IMG/VR virus record: IMGVR_UViG_3300020215_000002 | Reading direction: 5' to 3' (one strand) | Source of the DNA: an uncultured virus (IMG/VR IMGVR_UViG_3300020215_000002) | Taxonomy: Duplodnaviria; Heunggongvirae; Uroviricota; Caudoviricetes | DNA: 20,000 nt | In this document: one piece after another, positions 8,722-15,617 of the stretch | Position numbering within the stretch: the stretch's first letter is position 1 | Layout: the number at the start of each line of letters is the position of its first letter | Position numbers and translations under genes: made by a program | Notes under the pieces: generated by a model | What the model was told of the DNA's origin: nothing | Seen by the model: only the letters and a program-made list of their open reading frames with translations | The model's database searches: none

Positions 8722-8784
8722 GGGTCGCGGCCTCAGCGGGTGTGCTACCCGTTGTCGGGCCGGGACGGGGCGGGGGGGAATGGG

Positions 8785-9456
8785 TTAGACGGTTGCCAGC
8801 GTGTCCTCGAAGCATCGCACCACGTCCTCGAAGAGTGGGTCCGCCTCTCCGGTACTCACCGGGGCAGCCGGCCGACTGTTGTGGCTGCGGTCGTCGGGGG
8901 CAAGAAACTGCTCGGCCAGCCGGTAAAGGTCATACTCCCTGGACAGTTTGAGCATCGCCTCGACGATAATTCGCCGAGCCCTTTCCTTGGTCACCCCGAC
9001 GGATCGCCCGACTTCTTCTAGCGTGCATTCGTCGGGGTGGCCGATCCCGAACCGCATCTCCAGACATTGCCTCTGTCGCTTGTCGATGAACCGCAACACC
9101 GAATCCAGCAGGTCCCGCAGTCCCATCTTGTCGCCGGACGGAGAGGGCGCCGGATCTGGGAGCCGCTCCAGCGGGTAGTCAAGCGTGCATTTGGGGTTTT
9201 TGCTGTACCACTGATTGGATTGGTGCTCAGACTTCAAAGCGCATTCGATGCACTTCCAAGCGTAGGTTGAGAACCGCCCGCGACCAATCTTGTAGTGCCG
9301 TGCGGCGTGGTAGAGGCCGGAGAGGGCGGCGGCCTCGTAATCAGACGAGTGGGCGCCCCGCCGCTTGCAAAACCGGTGCAGCACCTTGTACGCCAACCGC
9401 TGGTTGGCCTCGAACCGCTCTCGCGGACTGATGTGACCAGCGCCGTGATTGCTCAT
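8785..9456 (-). CDS. Sigma-70-family RNA polymerase sigma factor (regions 2 and 4)
   Basis: N.RLAYKV...ALSGLYHAA..Y...RGRFSTYAW.CI (region 2); RQRQCLEMRFGI...TLEEVGRSVGVTKERARRI (region 4 HTH). Start at ATG 9456 or GTG 9471. Confidence 0.88.
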   Translation of the reverse strand: MSNHGAGHISPRERFEANQRLAYKVLHRFCKRRGAHSSDYEAAALSGLYHAARHYKIGRGRFSTYAWKCIECALKSEHQSNQWYSKNPKCTLDYPLERLPDPAPSPSGDKMGLRDLLDSVLRFIDKRQRQCLEMRFGIGHPDECTLEEVGRSVGVTKERARRIIVEAMLKLSREYDLYRLAEQFLAPDDRSHNSRPAAPVSTGEADPLFEDVVRCFEDTLATV

Positions 9457-9458
9457 GG

Positions 9459-9470
9459 GCCATTTTACCA
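9459..9470 (-). promoter_or_regulatory. Extended -10 (TGG-TAAAAT) 5 nt before the sigma ATG, possible leaderless promoter
   Basis: Minus strand reads GTGGTAAAATGGCCCATG; the same GGTARAATGGC motif occurs at 10324-10334 and 12097-12107. Confidence 0.5.
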
Positions 9471-9480
9471 CCGGCCCCGT

Positions 9481-10269
9481 TCAGATGAACTCCCGGCCCC
9501 GCTTCGGCGGCTCCGGGGTGGCCGGCTTGTCGGGTTCGGGGGGCTTCTCGTCGGGCTTGATCCACTGCCGCGGAACGGCCCAGAACTCACCTGTCGCCGG
9601 GGTCATCCCTAGGAACGCCCGCGCAGCGTTAATGTCGATCTTCCCTTGCGAGAACAGGTGGGCCGCCACCTTCGCGGCCACCATCTCCTCCTCCGGGGTC
9701 GGCACCCCCCGCCGCTTGGCGAGTTCGGCGTAGGTCGCAGAGAAGGTGGCTCCTCCGACGGTGACGTAGGTGAATTCCCTGTTGGGCCGGGCGACCGGGC
9801 CAGCCTCGGGAATCGCTTCCGGCTGGTTGCTGGCGAGCACCCGCACCACCTCTTTGCGGGCAGCCTCCAGCGTCAGGCCGCAGGCCGCCAGCGCCCGGGC
9901 CGCCGCCCCCTCGGGCTCGCGGAGCAGGCCGAGTAGCAGGTGTTCGGTCCCGATGTAGTTGTGATTGAGGTCCCGCGCCTCGTGCAACGCCCACTCGACT
10001 ACCTTCTTCGTCCGCGGCGTGTGGGGGAGCTTGCCGAGCACGACCTGATCGGAGCAGACGCCGGGCGGGACCAGTTTTTCCAATTCGGCCCGGACTTGGA
10101 CAAGGGACACGCCAAGGTTTCTGAGGACGCTCCCCGAGACGCCCGACCCCTCCTTGACCAGCCCCACGAGGAGGTGTTCCGTCCCGATGTACTCGTGGCC
10201 GACCCGCTGGGCCTCCTGGTTGGCCAGCTGCATCACCTTCCGGGCCCGGTCCGTGAATCGCTCGTACAT
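9481..10269 (-). CDS. Stand-alone ClpC N-terminal (Clp repeat) domain protein with a unique C-terminal region; no AAA+ domain
   Basis: MYERFTDRARKVMQLANQEAQR..HEYIGTEHLL.GLVKEGSGV...LP.TPR.KKV.E....EAR.LNHNYIGTEHLLLGLLRE is a double Clp_N repeat; about 115 further residues end in RGREFI. Confidence 0.92.
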   Translation of the reverse strand: MYERFTDRARKVMQLANQEAQRVGHEYIGTEHLLVGLVKEGSGVSGSVLRNLGVSLVQVRAELEKLVPPGVCSDQVVLGKLPHTPRTKKVVEWALHEARDLNHNYIGTEHLLLGLLREPEGAAARALAACGLTLEAARKEVVRVLASNQPEAIPEAGPVARPNREFTYVTVGGATFSATYAELAKRRGVPTPEEEMVAAKVAAHLFSQGKIDINAARAFLGMTPATGEFWAVPRQWIKPDEKPPEPDKPATPEPPKRGREFI

Positions 10270-10277
10270 GGGGTGTC

Positions 10278-11882
10278 TCAGTGGGTGCCGTTCGCGCTGA
10301 ACCCGTTGAGCCGGAACGCCTTCGCCATTCTACCAGGGGCTTCCGCCTGAATGGGGTTCGCAATCCCCGTGTCCGTGTCGGTCGGCATCTCGTCCCCCTC
10401 GGTGGCGAACGCCGCGTAGGGGTCCTCGGCATCACCAAGACCCGCCAGGCCGGGGTCAGGCGAGCCCACCCCCGGCACCATCGACTGAAGCAGCACTTGG
10501 GGAATATCGGCAATCGGGTCTTCGAGGGGCGGCTCGTCAATGGCGGCCCGGTACTCGTTGGCGCTCACCACGCCCAACTGGAACGCCTGAGCGACCTTGT
10601 CCATCTTCTGCAACCGAAGCGTCGGGTCGTCCATGCTCTTGGCGGTCAGCTCGATCCGGAAGTCGTCCCCCCAGTGCTTCTGCCAGTGATGAGTGAAGGT
10701 GTCGCCGAACAGGACGAGGTCGGGCTGGACGGAGAACTCGACCGTGCACTTGGCCCCGACCGCCGCCTCGGAGTAGCTGCCGGCGCCGGCGAGACCCGCC
10801 ACGACGGGGGAAACCCCCTGGATGGCCAGGACGTTCTCCCGGTTCTGCACCCGCCCGTTCACGTAGTCCAACTCGCCCGGCCCGCTCATCATCTGCTGGA
10901 CGGTCAGGCCCAGCATGGCCAGCACCTTGCCCGCGTTGTTCGACCCCGCCTTGAACGTCTCGATTTGGGTCATCAACTGGTCGATCATCTCTTGCGTCAC
11001 AACCTGCCCATTTCTCGGGTCGAGGTTGAAGACGAGCGACGGCTTCACGGAGTTCACAAAGGACGCCCACGTCGCCGTGTCGGTTTGCTCCATGATGTCG
11101 ATGATTTGACTGCAAGCGCTGAGCGGACTCGTCCCCTCGCCGGGATACAAGGGGTTCGGCCACTTGACGTCGATCATCTGCTCGTAGGGGATCATCCACG
11201 TCGAGGTGGACGGGGAGGCGACCCCCTGCGTGAAGGTGTTGAAGACGGGGGTTACTTGGTACCAGCCGAGTGGGGAAGCAGGAGTGGGGGCCATCGGCCG
11301 CACCCACCCCTTCGGGATGACCCACAGGTGCTCGGGCTCGCCGAACTGGTTGGGCACCTCCCAGACGTAGCAGCCGCCCGTCAGCCGCAACTGGCACTCG
11401 AACTGGTAGCGGAACACGGTGCCGCTGGTCAGAGGGTTGGGGCGGGCCAGGAGCCGGGCCGCCCGGTGGTCGGGGATCGGCGTTTCCCGCTCGGCGGCCG
11501 TGTCCGGCGTGTGGGACTTCCGGCGGCACAGCCGCAGGTAGTGGCCCAGTTCGGCCAGCCGCCGCGACCGCCCGAACCGCATCGCCTTGTCGAAGTAGAC
11601 GTCTTGCTGTGCCTGCTCGCTGCGGTCGTAGATGTTGACCGTCGCCTGCGCCACCTGCTGGGCCACCTTGTGGACGCCGACGTAGATCCACGAGACGAAG
11701 TGCTTGAGCTCCTCCAGATGGTCGCTGATCCACCAGCCGGGCGTGGCCCCGCTCAGCCACGCCTGGTTGAGGACCGGGGGCGGCGGGCTGAAGCGCTGGC
11801 CGCCGGGAAAGGCTTTCGCCTTGGCCCTGGGGGTCGCGGGCTTGCGCTTCGGGGCAGGTTTCTTTGGCTTCTGGCGCGGCAT
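10278..11882 (-). CDS. HK97-family phage portal protein
   Basis: WIYVGVHKVAQQVA, LL.RPNP..SG..F, L.LTGGCY, G.SPLSA, G..NAGK, GVSP...G, GVVSANEYR; between terminase and protease. Confidence 0.93.
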   Translation of the reverse strand: MPRQKPKKPAPKRKPATPRAKAKAFPGGQRFSPPPPVLNQAWLSGATPGWWISDHLEELKHFVSWIYVGVHKVAQQVAQATVNIYDRSEQAQQDVYFDKAMRFGRSRRLAELGHYLRLCRRKSHTPDTAAERETPIPDHRAARLLARPNPLTSGTVFRYQFECQLRLTGGCYVWEVPNQFGEPEHLWVIPKGWVRPMAPTPASPLGWYQVTPVFNTFTQGVASPSTSTWMIPYEQMIDVKWPNPLYPGEGTSPLSACSQIIDIMEQTDTATWASFVNSVKPSLVFNLDPRNGQVVTQEMIDQLMTQIETFKAGSNNAGKVLAMLGLTVQQMMSGPGELDYVNGRVQNRENVLAIQGVSPVVAGLAGAGSYSEAAVGAKCTVEFSVQPDLVLFGDTFTHHWQKHWGDDFRIELTAKSMDDPTLRLQKMDKVAQAFQLGVVSANEYRAAIDEPPLEDPIADIPQVLLQSMVPGVGSPDPGLAGLGDAEDPYAAFATEGDEMPTDTDTGIANPIQAEAPGRMAKAFRLNGFSANGTH

Positions 11883-11898
11883 GTCGCCAGTAGAACGG

Positions 11899-12093
11899 TC
11901 AGGCGGGGCGGCTGCGGGCCTCCACGATGACCGGGGTGTCGGCCGGCGTGATAACGACCTCGCCCTCGGCCACTATCTTCAGCACGGCCGTCAGCCCCCA
12001 TTCCTCGTGGCCGACGAAGTTGTAGCCATCCTTGACGGCCACCTCGCACAGCGGGACCGCCATCGACACGGGGATCGTGATTGGCTCGCTCAT
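11899..12093 (-). CDS. Hypothetical protein, 64 aa
   Basis: Fills the TerL-portal gap; TAGAAT lies 6 nt upstream of the ATG. Confidence 0.6.
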   Translation of the reverse strand: MSEPITIPVSMAVPLCEVAVKDGYNFVGHEEWGLTAVLKIVAEGEVVITPADTPVIVEARSRPA

Positions 12094-12102
12094 GCCGCCA
12101 TT

Positions 12103-13734
12103 CTACCGCGTGTTCACGACCCTGAAGAACAGGTTTACCCCCGCCTGCTTCAGCCACCCCACGACGTAGCGTAAAGCGTCAGCGCGGTGGTAGGTCTCCT
12201 TGTCCATCAGGTCATTCAGCACGTTCCCCGCCTCATCGACCTCGCGGCTGTAGGTGTTCAGGTCGTCAATGAGTCTGGCGCAGTTGGCGGTGACGAACAG
12301 TTGGTCCGTCTGGATCGCGGCGTACACCCGCCCGATGCCCACCTCCACGTCCGGCTGGTCGGGGGGATGCACCGGGTACCCGTCCACGGCGAACTGGGTC
12401 CGCCAGTTGCCTTCGGATTTGGAGCCCCCGACGGCCGCCACGGGCAGCCCCCGCTCCCCGTGCTTCAACGCCCCAATGTGGTCCTTGATCTTCCGCGACT
12501 CCTCCGGGGCGTACTCCTTGTACACACACAGGCGGCCGGTCTTCTGGCCCTTGTCGTCTAACTCTTCGGCGATGAAGACCGCGGCGAAATTCGGACTGCC
12601 GAAATCGAGTCCCACGTACCGCGGCCACTTGGGGTCGGGCTCGAACGCGGGCACGACATGCCCCACGACCCCGTCCTCGTTCACCCCCTGCCAGCCCTTC
12701 CAGCAGTCGTAGACGGCCCCGGCGGGCCGGGTGAACCGGCCGCGGTACTTCATGTTGAACTTCCAGCCCGGCATGGTGAGCTTGGCCTGCTCCCACTCCT
12801 CGCGGCTGAACCGGGGGTTGTCGATGGACTCGAAGTGGACCATCTCGAACCCGGCGTCGGCCGGCATCAGTGGGAGGGGCGGTTCGCCCGCGGCCGCCAG
12901 CTCGGCGTTCTGCCTCCGCGTCTTCTGGTTCCGGGCCGCCCGGTCGTGGATCTCGGTCTTGACCCAGTTGAAGACGTAGGGGCGCGTGGTCAGGAGCATC
13001 CGGCCGCCGGTCGCCCCCAGCCGCCCGCGGATCTCCTCGTAGCTCTCCGTCTTGAACCGGGCCTGGCCGGGTTCGTCCAGCCAGGCCGCCTTCCCGGTGA
13101 ACGACGCCAGCGAGTCGGGGTTGTCGGCGTGGCCGAAGATGATCCGGGACGGGTCGTGGGGGTTGTACGTCGGCCACTTGGCCTGGGGCCACAACCTGCG
13201 GTGCCCGCCTTCACTCACCCGGAACTCGCCCATCGCCCCGCCGATGACCTCCCCGAGCCCGAGTATCCCGCCGAGGTGCGACGAGATGGCCCGCATGGGG
13301 TACTTGTCGAGCAGCTTGAACGACGGGGCCGCGGCCAGGTAATTCCCCGGCCCGCACTTCTGCATCTCGCGGACCAGCCACCAGTCCCCGACGGACGACT
13401 TGCCCGACTGCCACCCGGCCAGGATGAGGAGGACGCGGTAGGTGACGTCGTGAATGTCCTCGTAGTGAAACGCCTCGAACTGGTGCTCGTGGCAGTGGAG
13501 GACGGGGGTGCCGGCGGGGACGATCACGCCGTCCCATTCGGTATCGCTCTCGTGAACGGTGACGAAGTCGCCGGACGGGTCAGGCTGGCGGGTCGGGTGG
13601 AAGAGGGCCGGGGGACCGATAAGGCCAGCCTCAACCCGGCGATTGGCCAGCTCCTCCTCCATCGCCAGCAAGCTTTGATTCAACCGCAGCGATTCGAGCG
13701 CGAGTCTCCGCGATCCGCCGCACAAGTTCGTCAT
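12103..13734 (-). CDS. Terminase large subunit
   Basis: Walker A AGWQSGKS, Walker B AAWLDEP, motif III LTTRP, RNase H-like GLDFG and H..DALRY. Start uncertain (ATG 13734 or 13662); overlaps the TerS 3' end. Confidence 0.93.
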   Translation of the reverse strand: MTNLCGGSRRLALESLRLNQSLLAMEEELANRRVEAGLIGPPALFHPTRQPDPSGDFVTVHESDTEWDGVIVPAGTPVLHCHEHQFEAFHYEDIHDVTYRVLLILAGWQSGKSSVGDWWLVREMQKCGPGNYLAAAPSFKLLDKYPMRAISSHLGGILGLGEVIGGAMGEFRVSEGGHRRLWPQAKWPTYNPHDPSRIIFGHADNPDSLASFTGKAAWLDEPGQARFKTESYEEIRGRLGATGGRMLLTTRPYVFNWVKTEIHDRAARNQKTRRQNAELAAAGEPPLPLMPADAGFEMVHFESIDNPRFSREEWEQAKLTMPGWKFNMKYRGRFTRPAGAVYDCWKGWQGVNEDGVVGHVVPAFEPDPKWPRYVGLDFGSPNFAAVFIAEELDDKGQKTGRLCVYKEYAPEESRKIKDHIGALKHGERGLPVAAVGGSKSEGNWRTQFAVDGYPVHPPDQPDVEVGIGRVYAAIQTDQLFVTANCARLIDDLNTYSREVDEAGNVLNDLMDKETYHRADALRYVVGWLKQAGVNLFFRVVNTR

Positions 13735-14122
13735 CGGGGACGTCCCGCAGTTCAATCGGCCCGCCCTCCGGGCCGGAGTGCTCGGCCGCAAGGCGGTCTT
13801 TGAACTTGCCCGGCCGACGAGCCTTGAGCATGAATATCAACAGAGTGTCGCTGTACCGGCGGACCGACCCGCACTCCTGCCCGCGGTAAAAGACTGGTTC
13901 GTCCACCCCGTCCCGCCCGCGTCGCACCGCCTCGTCCTCCAGGGCGTCCGTCCCCAGTTCAACGGCCTCATCCCACGCCTTGGCGAAGTCCTCGTCGCCC
14001 TCCCGCCAGAAGTACACCGTCCGCCGCGAGATCCCCGCCGCTTTCGCGGACTCCGTGACGTTCGCGGTCTCGGACAGGTATTCCAAGAAGAAGGCTCGCC
14101 GTTCGTCGTCGCTTGATTCCAT
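13631..14122 (-). CDS. Terminase small subunit
   Basis: FL..L....NVT..A.AAGISR.TVY.WR..D..FA..WDEA...G.D.LE.EA.RR...GV..PVFY.G...G....YSD.LL.F.LK...P.K, then EHSGP.GGPI; directly upstream of TerL. Confidence 0.9.
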   Translation of the reverse strand: MESSDDERRAFFLEYLSETANVTESAKAAGISRRTVYFWREGDEDFAKAWDEAVELGTDALEDEAVRRGRDGVDEPVFYRGQECGSVRRYSDTLLIFMLKARRPGKFKDRLAAEHSGPEGGPIELRDVPDDELVRRIAETRARIAAVESKLAGDGGGAGQSPG

Positions 14123-14161
14123 CGGTTTTTTCTAGCGCGCAGTTGTGCAGCACACGGCCGG

Positions 14162-14740
14162 TCACCGGATACTCGGCGTCCCCCCGCCGGCGCGGGCCTT
14201 GCCCCCGACGGTGTAGTAGCGCAGCGCCTGGGCGTGCGTCTTGGGCTGGCGGTTCCTGGCCAACTGCCGGACGCGGACCGCGGAGCGCTGGGGCCCGCGG
14301 AGCCTCACGCACGGCCACTTGCCCATGCCGGGCCCGTCCGTGCCCGGGCCGCGGACCTCGTAGTAGCAGAACCTCCCCTTGCTGGACGACGTGTACAGGT
14401 CGAGGAAGTCCCCGAGGGGGCGGTTGGGGTACTTGTAGAGGGCCAGGCTCAGGAACTCGATATAGATCGTGCAGGTCGGCAGCCGTCGCCCGTACCCGTC
14501 CACGTCCTGCTCTGCCATAATGCGATTAACGTTTGTCGAGTTGACCGCCACCCACCGACCGAGGATCGCCCCGCCGGGCAACGCCGGCACGTCCCGGCCG
14601 CTCTGCACGTCGGCGAACGGGTCGAACTCGCCGGGCCGCTCGCCGGGCAGCGGGGGCGGCTGGTGGGGCAGGGGCGGGACGGACGTCGGCCGGCGGCTGG
14701 GCAGCGGCGGCGGTACGCGGGTGGGCAGCGGGGGCGGCAT
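14162..14740 (-). CDS. KTSC-domain protein with poly-proline N-terminus
   Basis: WVAVNSTNV...IYIEF....YKY......F..L..SSSKGRF....VRG matches the KTSC pattern; four PP(P)LP repeats at the N-terminus. Confidence 0.7.
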   Translation of the reverse strand: MPPPLPTRVPPPLPSRRPTSVPPLPHQPPPLPGERPGEFDPFADVQSGRDVPALPGGAILGRWVAVNSTNVNRIMAEQDVDGYGRRLPTCTIYIEFLSLALYKYPNRPLGDFLDLYTSSSKGRFCYYEVRGPGTDGPGMGKWPCVRLRGPQRSAVRVRQLARNRQPKTHAQALRYYTVGGKARAGGGTPSIR

Positions 14741-14772
14741 GCCCAGACACTAAGCTCGCACCGGGGCGACAC

Positions 14773-15414
14773 ATGACGGTCAGGCACTCGCAGACGTGTC
14801 AGACGCGGGTCACGGTGGCGACGAGGGCGGCGCGGTCAGCGTCCCCCACCCCCCAGCGCTGGGAGGACGGGGGCGGGTACGACGAACGGGGGCGGCCCAA
14901 CGAGATCCCCGAACCGACCCTGTTCACGCCCCTGCCATGCACCGCCCACCCCGGCCCGTCCAAGGTCGAGGTGTTGGCCCTCCGGCACCGCCTTCGCATG
15001 TCCCTCTGGCACTCGTCGGACGCGACGATGACGAAGCCCGTCGATTGGCTCAAGTCGCTCGTGGACTTGGGACATGCGCTCCGCGAAGCGGCCCTGGCCG
15101 AGCGGGGCATCCGCTGGACCGTCGAGGGGGTGAAGTTGGTGGCGGGCGAGAAGAAAGGGGACCCGCCGCACTGGCGGGCACAGATTTGGGACCCGGGGGC
15201 CAACGGCGGCCGGGGGACGAACATCCACCTGGGGTACGCCGACGACCGCGGCGGGGCCATCGACATCATCGTGGACTGGTACCGCCGGTACTGCGGGATT
15301 GATGCCCGGGTGGAACCCCCGGAGTGGTTCCGGGAACTGCTGACGGATGCGCTTGCTCAGCAGGCGGAGGCGAGCGAGCGGGCCGGGGGGCTGGCGTGGG
15401 ACGTGGAGGACTAG
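14773..15414 (+). CDS. Putative DNA-binding protein with P.T...PG..KVEVL..R....LWH..D motif and AP2-like domain
   Basis: GV......WRAQIW.......IHLGY......A resembles AP2. The N-terminal motif resembles a planctomycete hypothetical family (from recall). Start uncertain. Confidence 0.6.
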   Translation: MTVRHSQTCQTRVTVATRAARSASPTPQRWEDGGGYDERGRPNEIPEPTLFTPLPCTAHPGPSKVEVLALRHRLRMSLWHSSDATMTKPVDWLKSLVDLGHALREAALAERGIRWTVEGVKLVAGEKKGDPPHWRAQIWDPGANGGRGTNIHLGYADDRGGAIDIIVDWYRRYCGIDARVEPPEWFRELLTDALAQQAEASERAGGLAWDVED

Positions 15415-15617
15415 TCGGGCCACCCGTGGTCGTTGCTTTGCGTGCAGAACGGCGCGACGGACCCGTCGAACAACTCGCGGACGATGATGGAGTTGTCGTC
15501 CTGGTCCGGGTTCGCGGACCGGAATAAAGCAGTCGCTTCCCGCTCGTCCGCCGCCCACGCATAGGCCCGGACGTAGCTCTCGCCGACGTAGCCGGTGGTG
15601 ATCTCGAACAGCTTCAC
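15411..15617 (-). CDS. Hypothetical protein, 68 aa (VKLFEITTGYVGESYVR...)
   Basis: GTG overlaps the ParB-like stop (GTGA); 3' end of the 15411..16406 ORF. Confidence 0.65.
   Translation of the reverse strand: MKLFEITTGYVGESYVRAYAWAADEREATALFRSANPDQDDNSIIVRELFDGSVAPFCTQSNDHGWPD

Noticed and set aside
9481..10269. Truncated clpC pseudogene
   Set aside because: The ORF is intact, ends the Clp similarity exactly at the domain boundary, continues into a distinct C-terminal region, and no AAA+ remnants are seen nearby.
13631..13791. Programmed frameshift fusing TerS and TerL
   Set aside because: TerS/TerL overlap is common, in-frame ATGs exist at 13734 and 13662, and I see no clear slippery site in the overlap.
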